In this document: positions 1 to 16,479 of the stretch, piece by piece
Numbering within the stretch: position 1 is the first letter of the stretch
Layout: each line of letters starts with the position of its first letter
Assembly: GCA_905178155.1 (NCBI GenBank)
Contig: CAJINV010000007.1
Coordinates: 1,767,341 to 1,831,340 of the forward strand
Direction: 5' to 3'
From: Amoebophrya sp. A120
Taxonomy: Eukaryota; Protista; Dinoflagellata
Length of the DNA: 64,000 nucleotides
Notes under the pieces: generated by a model
What the model saw: only the letters and a program-made list of their open reading frames with translations
Databases searched by the model: none
What the model was told of the DNA's origin: nothing
Program-made: the position numbers and the translations under genes

Positions 1-205
1 ATTGTTATTTCAGTATGAATTTGTCGTGTCGCCATTGCGGGAACGTGTAGATTCAGCGCGAAGATCCTAAAGAATCATCATTTCCTCCACCATTTTTTCG
101 TTGCACTTGCATTTTTTGAAAGATCGTGTCACAATCGAGGGGGCGCAACTACTAGAAGCACTTTCATTCGCGCCTTGTTCACACGACTCCACAACATTGA
201 CATAA

Positions 206-2712
<2,507 letters not shown>

Positions 2713-5107
2713 AGAAACGCGAGACTACTGGACGAATTGGCGACGAAATGAAAATTGTGTTGCGCGACTTCTAGTATCATGCTGGGTTATTTTATCAATG
2801 GTTTGATACTGTGTGACGACGATGTAGAAGTAGTTTTTTTTGTTCTTGAAAAAGCTCGGCGGCCCACTAACAATCAACGTTTCATATTGATGTGGGTTAT
2901 GAACAGAAATGATGGCTGCAGCGGCACCTTCACCCTTCTTTTTCGTTTCTGTAGTGCCAGGCGTTGGAGAGGTATGCATGCGGATAAAGAATAAATTGCC
3001 CTCAAGGTTAAGAGCTACTTCTGTTGATGGACTTAGTACAACAAACGCGACACTAATTAGCTTCTTTGACGACTACGCAAGTGCTTGTAAGCCGTCTATC
3101 TAGCGGCCGTCTTGCAGCCCCCCGACGAGGACCTCGTCTCAACTTCTACACGGAAGTGATCAATGTATCACTTGCTACGCGGCCTGAAGTAGACTAGCGC
3201 AAGCCAACTTTAACTCCACTTAAGCATCATGCATATTGCGACCCAAAATTTTTTCAAGAATGGCATACTTACTCACACGTATTCTTGTAGCAGCACGTTT
3301 CGACCTCGTCAACTTCTTGCCACGACGTAGCTTGTTCCCATGTTTATTTTCTATTCAGACTTCTGCGAAACAACAAAAAAAAAATGTGCATTATTCTCAA
3401 CTTCAATTTTTCTAGTATCTCAACTTCTGACCTCGAAAAAGAACGACGGCCGAAATACAGGCTTGGCGTCAAGGCTATCATGAAACGGCGACAAGTTTGT
3501 ATTTTGATTTTGTCCTCCACTTTTCGAAAGATCAAATTCTGGTTTAAGTGTTGTCATCTACACGTACAGTCTAATCGACTCTATTTACTCTATAATGAAA
3601 AAATCGTCGAAACACGTCTGCAGCTGCAGGGGGGAGCAAAACATTAACAAAAATATTTGGAGGTGTAGCCATTGCTATGCCTGGAGCAGACGAAAGTAGA
3701 GTTAGTTTACCGTTGTATGAAATGCAAAAAGGAAGAGGAGCAATTGCATGACAAAGATGTAGAAGATATTAAGATGATACCCATATTACCAGAGCACATC
3801 ACCACTGAACTCGATCCAGAAAAGCGTTCAATAATTGTGTCGTCTAGTTCTTTTCTGCGTTCTTAAAAATGCTTATGCACCAGCTGCTTCTTTCTAATTC
3901 TTTCTGGCTTTTTCTCATATGTTTCCTTCTCTTGAACAAGACACTATTGTTGCGGAGGTGTCTGTAGCTTTCAAGTATTGCTTTGTTTGCTGGAGTTTAG
4001 TATTCGTTGCCTACACCTACACGATTCTTTTCAGCTTGATGCTTCCATGTTCTTTCAAATTGAATCGAAGTGCGCGCTCTTCCCTGCGTGTCGTTCGACT
4101 GGTGTCCTTCTTGTTGACCGAGCCGGCTCGCAGCGTGAGGACGTTGCCGTTCCGTAGCGAAAGCGAGTTTGACGAAACAACTATATTTGAAATGTTATCG
4201 GCATTCGTATCCATTGATTTCTCTGTCATCGCCGGCAAGCAACTACCGGCGGCAGCGTAATCCTCTCTTAATCCTGCGCAGGCTCATCTCCTCTCGACGG
4301 GATAGGACGGTTTCTGTTGATCCCGACTTCCTCCTTTTCCAGAAGTTGTGGAGCATTCTTGATCTTGTACTTTTTTGAGGCTCGAGGTAACTAGAGGAAG
4401 AAGTAGCAGTGGCGCGGCTGTTGAGATCAATTGTGAGCGAAGTGGCTTTCCGCCTTATTTCGGTTTGTGTGTGCTGAGGGATGGCGGACGCGGAGCGATA
4501 TTTTTTTATTTTTCTGATCCGGTATTGGAGCTTTATGTTTATACTATATTGAAATTAATCTTCGGGGTTACTGTTTTGTTTCTTCGCTGCCTGTCTTTCC
4601 GCTCTGTCGGCACTTTCCAAAAACGAAGAGCAGAGAGCGCGAATCCAGCAACAAAGAGAGGAGGAGCAGAGGGGGCGGGAGGAAATGGCGCAGAAGATCA
4701 GCGGCAAGCGCTGGCGCAGAATGCCCGGCGCAAGGGAGTCGGCGTGGCAGTTAGAATGTGACCCAGCGGTGCTATTCGAGGCGTGCGGCGACGACTTCTG
4801 CGAGAACAGCGGGAGAGAAATTAAATATGTCGCGGGGGTAGCTTTCTATCGCAACCAGGATGCAACCTGGGCGACGGAATGACCCCGAAGAGTTACAAGC
4901 ACGGTGTTCGAGTGCACGTCCCGATTGAAATGAAAGAGAAAAGGAACAAAATACATTTCTATAGGACAAGCACCAGTATGATGATGATGATGATGATTAA
5001 TCTTAATTTCTCGTTCTGTTTCTACGTTTTAGCTCCTCTAGACAGACATCTTCTAGGTTGTATCGAAACCAGACCTGTTTGTTGTCCTGAGAGGCAAAAA
5101 ACATAAA

Positions 5108-8100
5108 ATGCCGTCCGCCGCGAGTTCGTCTCGTCCTCCTGTGAAGGAGAAGCCCCGGCTCGGGTCCCTCACGTTTGAGATGGAAATCGTCGACCCCATC
5201 CCCATTTTGGAGAAGCTCCAGCACATCCGCAAGGACTCGGACGACGCCTTCGTGACGCTCGTGGACACCTGTGCCCGTTGTTTTGAGAAGATGAGAAATT
5301 TGCAAGTCGAGCTACAATCGAAGCTGATCCTCACCAACGTGCCGCCGGAGGTCTGGCGCGAGCAGTGGGACGAGACGCAATTGGAAATGCTGAACTTACA
5401 CGGGTTGCTGTTCCACAAGGAAAACAGCTACCAAGCGTCGCTGAACACGCTAAACATCCAACGGAGGAACTGCCTCGCCAAGCACGACGCCCACTGGGAC
5501 TTCATCATCAAGGAATTCTCCCGCTGGGCCACCTGCTTGATCAAGCTCTCCCACCGCTACTACATCGTCGAGGACGAAATCAACTCGCGAGGCAAAGAAC
5601 TTTTGGAGCAGTATACGAAAATCCGGGCGCAGTTGGAGTACGCCACTACAACGCTCGACAACGCGCGCAAAGGGGTGGATTTGATCACGCAGGCGAAGTG
5701 GACCAACGACGAGGCGTTGCTGCAAAAATACGAGAACGGGTCGATTTTGATCCAGAAAATCGTTCGGGGGCACCAGACAAGGAAGTTCATGACGACTTTG
5801 AGGCATTCTATCGTCTTCATGCGGTACTACGTGAAGAGGTTCCTCGTCAAATTTCGCCGCGAGTTGATGCTGCGAAAGAAATGCGTACCCTACCTGATAA
5901 AAGTACAAGCCCATTGTAGACGGCACTTGGCGAAAAAAATCGTTGCTGCCCGGATGAACGAAGTGTGCGGGCCGATCGCGGAGAGGTTGAATCCGTTGCT
6001 GAAACGGTACTACTACGACACATGCTGGATGGAAAACACAGTTTTGGCCGGATGGGAAGAGTCGACTTTGGTACTCGACTGTGTAGTTGCGCTTGCTTCT
6101 ATCGCACGTATGAAACTTTTGAAGTTCTTGCTGTTCTGCATGACAACTGCATTCGACCACACTTGTTCTTGAAGACCAAAACCTCCCTAGAAAAAACTAC
6201 CCTTATCGCAGACCATGCAGCGTCTCTTCCGTGGCTTCCGCGGTCGCAAGCGGGCTCGGCGCGCCCAGGAGAAGAAGCGGAAAGAAGAGGCGGAGCGAGC
6301 GAGGTTGAAAGCGATGGCGCAGGCGGACCGGGATGCGGAGGAGACGAAGCGGAAAATGCGGGAAGAGGAGAAAGCACGGAAGAAGGCGTATTACAATGAA
6401 AAATGCCCCCACCCCAGAACTTGGGATCATTTGTATTGCAAACCTTTCCAAGCGAAACACACGCCCTCTTGCATCTATCAGCATCACAGATTGTCAGTCG
6501 TGAATAGCAAAAATTTGCATTGCAAAAGACCCCAGCAAGAGCGGCGCTTGTCATGCGAGCGATGCTATATACGCCTACACTCTGCATCAGAAAGATTCAC
6601 ACTCCTTTTATACATGGAAAAAAGTTTTCATTTGGAAACTTCACATCACAAATTATTCTTTTTGCATTTTTGGGGGTCGTGGGGGCATTTTTCACTGTAA
6701 TAAGGCGGAGGCGGAGTTTGCCGCCGCGCAGGCGAAGCGGGCGGAGATGCGGGCCCAGGCCGAGAAGGAGGAACGGGAGAGGCTAGCGCTGGAAGAGCAC
6801 CTGAAGCAGGAACGACGGAAGCAGGAGGCGATCGAGCGGCGGAAGGCGGAGCAGGAAGAAAAACTGCGGAAGAAGGACGAGATCGAGAAAAAGCGCGAGG
6901 TGATGAGGAGGAATCTGGAGAAACAGCGGAAAATCCAAGCGGAGCGGGAGAACAACCGGAAAGACATCGCGCGAGAAGCGCTGGCGGAACAGAGACGGGA
7001 GTACCGGGAAAAGCTCGCGGCGGACCGGGAGCAGCGGAAGCAGGAGGAGGTGGACCGGGAAAATGCGAGGTTGGAATCCGAGGCGTTGAAGCGCGCGAAA
7101 CTGCAGTGGTTGAACCGGCCGTGGCGGGGGGATGAGGAGGAAATCGCGGAATTCCGGGAGTGGTTCTTCTCGAAGTGGGGCGCGCTCGGTCCGGGAGGGC
7201 TGGCCGAAGCGCCGCTGCAGTTGTTGCAGTACCGCTCGACGAAGGCGTTTCAATTTCTAGACCGAGAAGTCGCCGAGGTTTTGCCTGCGCCGGGGTTTTT
7301 GGTGAAGAAGTTCACGGAGCTGCTCTGCATGAAGTTGAAGTACTGCCTGGAAATCCGTGCGGTGCAGCTATTCCAAGTTTTGGACCGCGGTTCGGGCGGC
7401 ACGGGGTTGATCCCCGTGGACGTGATTCTTGGCGAAGCGAGACCCAGTCCGCGGGAACCGGCGGGCCTGGCGGAGCTGCAGAAGTTCAAACGAACCTCCG
7501 CTCTGAACGCGGCCATCATCGAACTGTCGAAGCAAACGCCCCTGGTTTTGGAGCCGGGGGACGCGCCACCCGCGGAAAATCCCCCCGCGGTTTGCTTCCG
7601 ACCGGGCATCGAGCAGCCAGACGTGTTTTTCACGACCGCGTTTTGGGTCATTTCGAATTTCGCGCGCTTCATTTCGGAAAAGAAGGAGGACTTCATGACC
7701 GACAAATCTTCTTCAGGAGGAGGAGTCGCCGCCTTGAGGTCCGGAAAGAGGTTATCGCCATTTTTGGAAGATCCTAAAGCGTCCGCCGTTGCGGGGAATT
7801 TGATGAGAAGAGACCGCCGGGAGATGAAGCAACGACGAGGTGGACGAGGACAAGCGTCTGCGAGGAACAGAAGCGCGGACCCGGACATCAACAAGGATGA
7901 CTCGTCGCCGGTACAAGCGGCAGAGGGTGCGGCTGCCGCGGTGCCAGTGAGTCCAGAAGTAGCTCCTGGGGTGTCGTCAAAGAACAACGAAGATCGAGGT
8001 CCCTTCGCCAGCGACTCCTCCCCCGGATCTCCATCCTCTCCGGAGCAGGGACATTCAAAATCCCCGTTACAAACACAGCGGACAGCGAGGGCAGCTGCGT

Positions 8101-9455
8101 CGCCCAGACATGGAGCGACAAACTTCGTTCCCGAAGACCTTTCTTCTCTTTCCGAATATAGCGAGGAGGATGAGGAAAATGAAGCGCAACAGCCCTCTTC
8201 TTCCACCAAGCAGAAAGAGATCACCCTGCGGTGCAAGGCTTTCACAGTGGACGACATCCTGGTCGAAATTGAAATGCGGGTCTCGAACCCGCGGAAGACG
8301 AACAAGCGGCACCTGTCCATGTTCCTGCGCGCGGCGAAGTCGGTCCACGTGCGGGTGGTTTTCTACGTGGAAAACACGATTGGTCTCCCGAAGGACTTGA
8401 AGTTCGAACGATCCAGTGACATTCTCGGGGAACGGAAGTTTCTGGATGACTATTGCGACGAGTATTCCGTGAAACTGAGCAACGACGAACTGGACGCGTT
8501 GGCCGGGGAGCCGTTTGGAGAAGGTGCTGGAGGGGAACAAAATAAAGGAGCAGGCAATCTCCTTCCCGGCGCCGTTGAAGCTGCTGCTGCACCAGCGGGA
8601 CCAGGACCAACAGCAGCAGCAGCAGGACCTACCACAGCGAAATCTGATCTCGCAGTTGGTTTTGTCTTACTCCAAGATCTGAAAGCGAGACCGGACCCAG
8701 TGTTGGTTTTCGACCATCCGCAAGATCGGTCGAAACAGGTTGTGAAGTGGCTTCCACAGTTGCGTTTAGAATTCCTCTTGCAGTACTACCCGCGGGGCGT
8801 CGGGATCAAATCGCCGCCCTTCAAAATCGGTCGGGACGGCCCCTTCATGCTGGAATTCTGGCCGCGCGGCTCGACGAACGCCACGAAAACCGGGAATTGC
8901 AGCATCTGTCTTCACGCCCCGAGGTTAAAGAACGCAGTTTGCAACGTGCAGTTTTGGGCGTGTGAATTGGACTGTTTCGTGGAGGACAACACATTGTCGA
9001 AGGAGAAACTTCCCGGCGATGACTTACTGGCAGAAACCGCGGAACAGAAGGCGAAACTGACGCAACGGGACATGGCGCTTGACAGCTCCGGCGGTGGAAA
9101 TGCGAACAACAAATCAGCGAGGAAGCGAATTCTGTCGAAAGACAAGGAATACCGCTTGGAATACACAGCAGCTGCTCCTTCTATCGGGTTAGGAGCCGGC
9201 AGCAGTTCATCCTCTGCCTACCGCCCCTCCGACCGGGTCGCGACGGTGTCTGGTGCGACGTCGAGAGCGGAAAATAAGTGTATGCTGGACGAATTTTGCG
9301 CGACGACGGATGTCGCCTTGGAGGAGGACCAGCACGGCGGGAGGTCGGTGGTTCTGGGCTGCGTCTTCAAGCGGCTGGTGGTGGAAGCGCAGAAGGACAA
9401 GCTGAAATCCTTGGCGGCAGGCCTGGACGTGGGGTCGATTGCTTTCAACTTTTAG
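5108..9455 (+). CDS. IQ-motif / long coiled-coil protein with a possible C-terminal MATH-like beta domain; exons ~5108-6070, 6212-6388, 6708-9455
   Basis: IQ-like motifs IQKIVRGHQTRK, VQAHCRRHLAKK and MQRLFRGFRGRK; E/K/R-rich coiled coil; SPPFKIG..FMLEFWPRG..CSICL segment resembles MATH. GT-AG intron 6071-6211 and an introner link three in-frame ORFs. Confidence 0.75.
6389..6702. mobile_element. Introner (314 bp); TSD AGGCG (6384-6388 / 6703-6707)
   Basis: TIR TATTACAATGAAAAATGCCCCCA vs TATTACAGTGAAAAATGCCCCCA (22/23). Removal gives RKKA-EAEFAAAQAKRAEMRAQ, joining ORFs 6215 and 6747. Confidence 0.93.
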
Positions 9456-10298
9456 ATAGAAATAAATCATCCATCCGTATCCACCGCTACGTTGGCGACT
9501 AGAAACGTTTCTTTCTCGTCATAGGACGAGGAGTTTTAAGTTTTGCTCATTAGCTCGAATGATTCATCTCAACATGATTTTGGCTACGAGTGCTTTGGCT
9601 TTTATACGTAGGCGAGAGACTTCTTTACATTCATCTGATTTTGCAAGCGCTGCGTTCTGCAGCTGCGCCAGCTTTCGATGAGAACCTCGCTTGAAGATTC
9701 GCTTTTCGATTTTAGCCTCCCGCTGCAGCCAATGCTGCTTCATTCGCTTGATGTTTTGCGTCGTCGACGAGAGATTCTGTATCATCGGAGTTGTGCTTGT
9801 TCATGGCTACCGGCAAGCCAGGATAAGGAATCGTCTAACTCCTGCGAGCAGTGGTAGACCATCGCCTCGGGTAACAGAGCAATCGTATTTCGTGGTACGA
9901 CGGACCTTCGAAGAAATCATCGAAATCTTTGGCGCTTCGTAGTATCGGCTGCGAGCTGCAGCAGTGTGCCACGCTCGCTTGCAAGAAAGAGAGTAGAAGC
10001 ACCCATCTCAATTTTTCCGGAATTTTCGAATTCAACCGGCACTGGCTGTCGTAGATTTGTTCTTCTTTTGTTTTTTCACTCCTGGAGAAGGAGGAGTAAA
10101 ACAGTTTTAGCAGGAAGTACGAAGAGAGAGCGACGTCCTAATCGGTTTGTTTTGCTGCAGTGTTGGGCTGCAGCGAGAACTTGTTTCGGTTTTTCTTTTC
10201 GTCTAAACTTTTTGCATCGCGGCGCGAAAAATCTGCACCATCTGCCTCTGCGGTTGGTGCATTACAAAACTTGCTTCTTCATCACGACAACGACTATC

Positions 10299-12979
10299 AT
10301 GACATCCTCGCCGCATCAGGATTGCAAAAAGGCGGTGAAGAGGATGTCTCAACATCCCGAGAACAAAGCTGGAAAACAAGATGAGGCAGCTGTTGATCCC
10401 AGTACGAAAAAGCAAAAAACTAATGAGGATGGTGCAGCGGGCACGGGAGCTCCTGGTGGCAATAAAGCCGGCGGGGCAAACGGGAGCAAGGTCCCGAACG
10501 CATCTCCAACGGCCTCTAACTCCTCCCACCGCTCGGGGTCGACCGGCCGAACCGGAAAGAATAACAAGGACGCAAAGACGGGTGGTGTCAACGCGGCCGG
10601 GAATAAAGGTGGTGATAACTCAGCGCGGAACAACCAGAATACTGGTCCTGGTGGTGGAAAAGGAAAAGCGCCAGCGTTCGTCGCCGCTGGCCCAAATGGA
10701 AATGCAGCAAGAAGAAATCCGCTCCCGTCTCCGGAAGGTCCCCGCGGTAACAACAACAACAAGGGAAAGGGAAAAAACGGTGGAAGCAAAGGCGGTGCTG
10801 CCGGCAAAGCGGACGGAAACAACAACAAACCGGTGAACAATGGTGCTAGTGCAAATAATGCAGCTGCTAATGCCAACATTGCGTCGAGCGTCGTCTCCGC
10901 AAAATCGAAAGAAAATCCTGCCGCAGGAGCTGGTGTTAAAGCCAATGCTGGTGGCGCGAACAAGAATAAAGAAAATTTCCAGCCACCGCTGCGAGGGAAG
11001 GTGATCGAAGCGAAAGTAGACACGGGCTTGCACGCAAATCGCGGCCGATCAATGACTCGTGACAAGGAACCGAAGGCGGTGAACCGTGACAAGGAACCGA
11101 AGCAGGCGGTGAACCGTGACAAGGAACCGAAGGGGAATAACAACAAAGGAGCGCCGATGAATCCACCTCCCACCGTGCAGCTTCCTTTGAAGCGAAACCG
11201 CAGTCCCAAGCGGGCTGCAGAACAACGGGGTAGTTTGCCGAGGCAGAATACAAAGGACAATTGCGGTGCCGGCGTGGCCAAGTTGAACACCTCCTTCGAA
11301 AAGCAAGCGGCCGCGGTAGTAGCTGCTGCGAAAAACAAGGACGCTGGTGCAACTTCTGGCGAGCAAAACCCAGCTGCTTCCCTCCAGCAAGTCGGCAAAG
11401 CGCATGTGATCGCGAAAGGGGACAAAGCAAGCAGCAAGGAATCCCCCAAGCACGCGGCAAAAGCCGCGGGTTCCACCCTGCACATCCCTGCTCTGGCGAG
11501 TAACAAGAGACCGCGGGGGAACTCGTCCGCTTCCAACCCGGGATCCAGCCACAATTCGCCAGTCAACAGTCCGCGTGCAAGGTTAGCGAAGTCTCCAAGC
11601 AAAAACGCGCCGGACGGCATCGAGGATAATTTGGAGGGCGATGGTGGGAAAGCGGCAAAGCTCCGGAAATCGAGTATGAATATGGACCAGCTACCGGGAG
11701 CGAAAAGTCCCATCAACCGGGCGGCGCGGCAGTCGGATTTGTTAATCAACTTGGACATGCAAAATTTCGAGCTGCCGAAGCGGGATCAGGACGATGAGCT
11801 GAACCCGAAATTCGGAATGCACACCTTGAAGGTATAAAGATTCTGAAGGATCATGCTGTTTCTTTCAGTTGCTCCTTGTCTCATTCTTGCATGACAAACA
11901 GAATCGAGTGGTTGTTGCAGCTGGTGCGCTGCTGCAGCACATTGAAGTAAGCAAAGACGGCGTTCTACTATAATCACAGGGAAAGCGGGAGACCAACGAA
12001 GATGCTCACATCCACATCATGCGTTTTTCCGAGACCGGCTGGGAGAACGCCGGGCTCTACGCCACCAAGGAGAAGCCACTGCAGCTCTACGGTTGCTTCG
12101 ACGGGCACGGTGGACCGGAGTGCGCAAAGTGGATCGCGAACAAGCTGCCGGGGAAGCTGCGGGAGTACCTCGACTTGATGAACCAGAAAAAGACCAAGCT
12201 TGACCCGCCGGCGAAGGACGTGGACAAGGTAAAGTACGCGTTTTCGTTCACCTTCGAACAGTTGGACATCGAGTACATTTCGCAGCACATGAAGTCGGAG
12301 GCGGGCTGCACCGCGGTGGTGTGCTTGCTGGACCAGGTCTCCCAGAACATCTTCTGCGCCAACGTCGGGGACAGCCGGGCGATCATCGGGCGCAGCAAGA
12401 ACGCGTTGGCAATTTCGCGGGACCACGACCCGAAGGCGGAAGGGGAGAAGCAGAGGGTCCAGGCGGTCGGGACCGTGGATCCGGACGTATTTTTTTTTGC
12501 GGAAATCGATGAAATGAAGGGTTTTGAGGGTCTGTTTTTTTGCATGATAGTCTTTGTCTGCATTGTATGAAAATAAAAATCACACTGACTTCTATCAGGG
12601 TTACGTGAATGACACGGTGAACATGACCCGGTGCTTGGGCGACCGCCAGGGCAAGTTCCGCGAGAACAAGGGCTACTTTTCCCGCAACTTTGCCCTTGCC
12701 ACCAGCCCGGAGGTGTACATGCAGAAGATTACGGAGGTGCACCAGTTTGTCTTGCTGTGCTGCGACGGCATGTTTGAATCGCCGAAGATCTTCACCAGTG
12801 GGTCGCTGTGCTCCCGAGCGCGGGAGCTCCTGCTCGACGGGAAATCGGTGAAACAGGTCCCGAAGATACTGTGCTCGGAGGCGATTGCGAAGGGCAGTGA
12901 GGATAACTGCACGGTCATGATGGTCTTGTTCGATAACCCACAGCTGGACGAAATCGTGGAAGAAAACTCGAAAATTTAG
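10299..12979 (+). CDS. Protein phosphatase 2C (PPM family) with a ~500-aa low-complexity N-terminus; exons ~10299-11831, 11980-12486, 12599-12979
   Basis: KGKRETNEDAH, YGCFDGHGG, ANVGDSRA, NMTRCLGD, LCCDGMFE and SEDNCTV motifs; two GT-AG introns join in frame. Start codon uncertain. Confidence 0.9.
11058..11132 (+). repeat. Coding tandem repeat, 3 x RDKEPK (27-30 bp period)
   Basis: cgtgacaaggaaccgaag occurs three times in tandem. Confidence 0.85.
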
Positions 12980-14794
12980 ATTTTTTCTACGCACAACTTC
13001 TGCAGCACTTTAACTGTTCTTAGTCACGTATTGTGCATGGTATGGAAATTCCAATTTGTAGCCGCCAGCTACTGTTTAGTAGAACTACTCTAAAGTAGCT
13101 ACAGCTAGCACCACCCTTGAGCTCACAAACTGATTTACACTGATTATCCGAGTAGATGCGTCTTCTTGCAGAGCAGACTATCTGCAAGAACAAATAAACA
13201 GAATCAAACCCGCCACTCCAGCAGCTATTGACTGCTGTATGTATGGAATTTAGCTTGCACATGCCTACCCACCTTGCTACTTTCTCAACAGGCCTAAAAG
13301 ATGAAGGACTTCGATATGACTTTCATCTGTTTCTCTTCTACATTACCGAAAATCTGGAAGAAGAGTCGGAAGATGCCCGAGTATTATCCCTTCTGTTCCT
13401 TGTGCAGAATGAAGCGGCAACTTCCTCCAGTTCCGTGTTGCAGCAGGTGCTGGAACTTATTGGCCTCGTATTCCACCGCAAACTCTACTACAATAAGCAT
13501 GCGACCCGCTCTGGTCGTACCGTTCGAGTGCAACGTAAAAACACCATTGAGCTTCCACTTCTCCTTTATTACCCCCTCCATCTTCTACATTAGATTTAGA
13601 ACGCCGAGCAAGCCAGTTTGTTGGTGATGTCACTTTATTGTCAGAGGTGTCATTGTAAACCTGTCTACTAGCTGCTTCGCTCACTAAATGAGAACCATAC
13701 TACCCCCCCTCTTCGCAGTAAAGTAGATCTTTAGCTGGACATGTCGTGTAGAACTCGACTACGCAACCCTGATATGAGGTAGCTGTAGTTTACTCTAGTA
13801 CTCAATAGACTTCTATGCTCTTCGCGCTTTTGCTAGTTTCACTTGTAGAAGCTTTGCATGCTTACTGTCCGTACAAAGCGAGGGCACAGCTGCGTTTTCC
13901 TCTTTTCCGAATCCTTGCAGCTCATCTATTACTATTCTATCAATGCTCGTCGTAAAAGGTACGAGCCGTTGACCTCAACCCAACCTCCAGATTCAAAGGA
14001 GGACCGGTACTATATTAGAATTTTTGTAAATTTCTTCGTATGAATGTAGTTCTTGCACTCGGCACTGCGCAACTGTTTTTGATGTAGCACCTAAGCTACC
14101 TTTACATCAGTTGACAGAAGCAGATTTGGGGTACAATAAAGAATGAGAATCGGGATGCAGCAGAAACAGCTGAGTTGGTGTCGCAGAATCAAGGATGCGG
14201 ATCAACATCAAATTTCCGCCAGCTCCAGCGCTTCCCGTTGCGACGCCTGTCTCGGAGAAGAGGACAAGTAGATGACTAGGTTCCCGCAGTCCTATACGAT
14301 TTCTACCGTGAACGCGTTTTGTTTCGACGATGATTTATCGATCACTTTTCGGATCAGTCAAGCCAAGTTTTTTGGCATCGTAACTGGCGTTTTCGCTTGT
14401 GGTAGATGATCAGCGTTTCCTCGTCTCCCCTTGCTATGTGGCCGGAGCATTATACATCTGCACATCGGACGAGCGTCAAGCTAGAGGGAGATTTCGTTGA
14501 GCGATCAAAAACGTAAACGTATAAAATATGTCAGCACGAAAATTGTTCTTCTACTTGTTCGACTTTGCTGCAGGTAGCGCCTGTGACCCCGGTTCTGGAG
14601 TCAGTGCGGCGTGTCTTCGTTTTACTTGTAGAAAACGGTTAATATCGCCACACCGTCGTGATTCATTTTCGCAAATAAGTCCAAAAAGAAAAAGATAAAG
14701 TCTTGTCATCGCAATTTGTATTTGATTTCTGGCAGAAGCTTCCGCCGCGTCGTGGCCAAGCAAAACTTTTCCAGTTTTCTTAGAAGCATCAATC

Positions 14795-16120
14795 ATGGTC
14801 TTTCGCCAGGAGCTCACGGTAGCTGCACAGGAGCAGGTGCTGCAAGCTTTTGAGAGCAGGCATCAATACGGGGGAGCAAGAAAGCCAATAAAGCTGCTCT
14901 TTCGCCCGTGCACATTGATACCTTCGGTCGGAGTTCTTCGTCTTGGACGAGCAAAAGAAATCAGCACCGCGTTCTTTAACGATGATCACCAATCGCCAGC
15001 GTGGAAAATCGCGAAAAAGACCGACGACCCGTCTGCCAGGTCTTCACGGCCTTGGCCTTCGGCGTCTTCCTCATCTTGTTCCAGTACAAGAGCGATTAGA
15101 AGTTTCAAAAGTAAAGCTCCTGCCAGCACATCCTTCGCAGATACAAACAGTAGCAATTTCGCCTCCAACACGACAGCAGACCTTGTCACCCAGTTCGAAG
15201 ACGGCACTTTCTTCTCCGACCGGAAAGAAAAGGGCGCACCAAGGTTCACGGTCGAACAAACGGAGTTGAAAACCAAAGACGACGTGGATAAGAAATACGC
15301 CGAAGAGAAGGAAAAACTCGGCAGCACAGAGTCCGACAAACTCGACGACGCGTACAAGATGGCGTTTATCCCCTTCCCCGATAACAACAGCGGCGATAAC
15401 GGGTTGGAACGACCGGAGTTGCTCGCGGAGCAGGAGCGGATTCTCGGTTCCGAAGACCCGGTGACGATTCTGTCCACGAAGAAAAACGACCTGGAATCGG
15501 ACGAAATCGGATTCCGGAATTTGGAGGAAACAGACCCGAACAAACAGCAGCACGCGGCCAGAAGTCTGTTTGAATTGAGGAAGCGGTGGAATCCGGATTT
15601 TCTCCACGGGGATGACAGGGTGATCAAAAAGGTGGAAGCGTCGTACCGGGTGCTGTTCCCGAACGACGAGAATCCGGAGGAGCCGGAGCCGCTGTCGAAA
15701 GAGGAAAAGGACGACTTCCCGGAGATGGAGTGGGCGGACGCGCGGAACGTGCCGCGACGGGGGTTCGTGCCGCCGGAATTCATCGCGGACTTGGAGAAAA
15801 TCGGGAAAAACATCATGCGGGACGTGGAGTCTCTGCAGAAGGAGGCGAAGGAAGCGCTGGACCGGGCGCAGCAGTCCTTCGCGCACCACCGAGACCTGAT
15901 GAAGCGGGGGTTAGGGGGTTACATGACGCCGACGGATTTCGACGACCCAAACGGGGTCACGTCCCCCTACGCGGTGCCGAAACGGTTTTTGCTCCAGGAC
16001 AGCCCGCTGTTTCGGAAGCAGCTGGGGCCGGAGGGGGTGACCACGGGGGCGAAGGACAACGCGGCGGAGGGACAGTGGCAAAATTCGTTCCGGGCGAAAA
16101 GCTACATGGAGATGTTGTAG
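14795..16120 (+). CDS. Hypothetical protein (441 aa, intronless)
   Basis: Long ORF whose 3' half has the same GC-rich codon style as the conserved genes; no domain recognised. Confidence 0.65.
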   Translation: MVFRQELTVAAQEQVLQAFESRHQYGGARKPIKLLFRPCTLIPSVGVLRLGRAKEISTAFFNDDHQSPAWKIAKKTDDPSARSSRPWPSASSSSCSSTRAIRSFKSKAPASTSFADTNSSNFASNTTADLVTQFEDGTFFSDRKEKGAPRFTVEQTELKTKDDVDKKYAEEKEKLGSTESDKLDDAYKMAFIPFPDNNSGDNGLERPELLAEQERILGSEDPVTILSTKKNDLESDEIGFRNLEETDPNKQQHAARSLFELRKRWNPDFLHGDDRVIKKVEASYRVLFPNDENPEEPEPLSKEEKDDFPEMEWADARNVPRRGFVPPEFIADLEKIGKNIMRDVESLQKEAKEALDRAQQSFAHHRDLMKRGLGGYMTPTDFDDPNGVTSPYAVPKRFLLQDSPLFRKQLGPEGVTTGAKDNAAEGQWQNSFRAKSYMEML

Positions 16121-16479
16121 TGACGCTCGTTCAAGATCGTGCCACAGTTTGTTCGAGCCAAGAAAGTCCTCGAGCGCGTGTGTTATTGACCCTCAGATTC
16201 ACTGATGATGTTGATGTTCAGCTACAGACGCACTTCTTCTCCTGTGCGGTTCACACCTCATACCCAGCAGCCATAAAAGGTCGTCTGTCACCAGAAAACC
16301 AAAATTAAAGCTAATACTTAAATGAAGCGAAAGCTGTGACGAGCTACAACTTCTACTGGTTTTACCAGCGGTAAGTCTAAGTGAACATATTCCAGACATC
16401 AACTGTGTTCTACTTCATAAGTTAAGCGAGTCACTGATGGAGATGGGCGACGTAGTTACTTTATGACCTCCGAGCGAGC

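Noticed and set aside
3664-3673. GTAGCCATT, a partial match to the dinoflagellate spliced leader
   Set aside because: Only 9 nt, lacking the TTTGGCTCAAG end; chance level.
9564-9785. Short minus-strand coiled-coil-like ORF
   Set aside because: 73 aa, no recognisable family, and against the prevailing strand.
10349-11758. Long antisense ORFs (also 7250-8320, 14986-15889, 30010-31089)
   Set aside because: Shadows of GC-rich plus-strand coding sequence.
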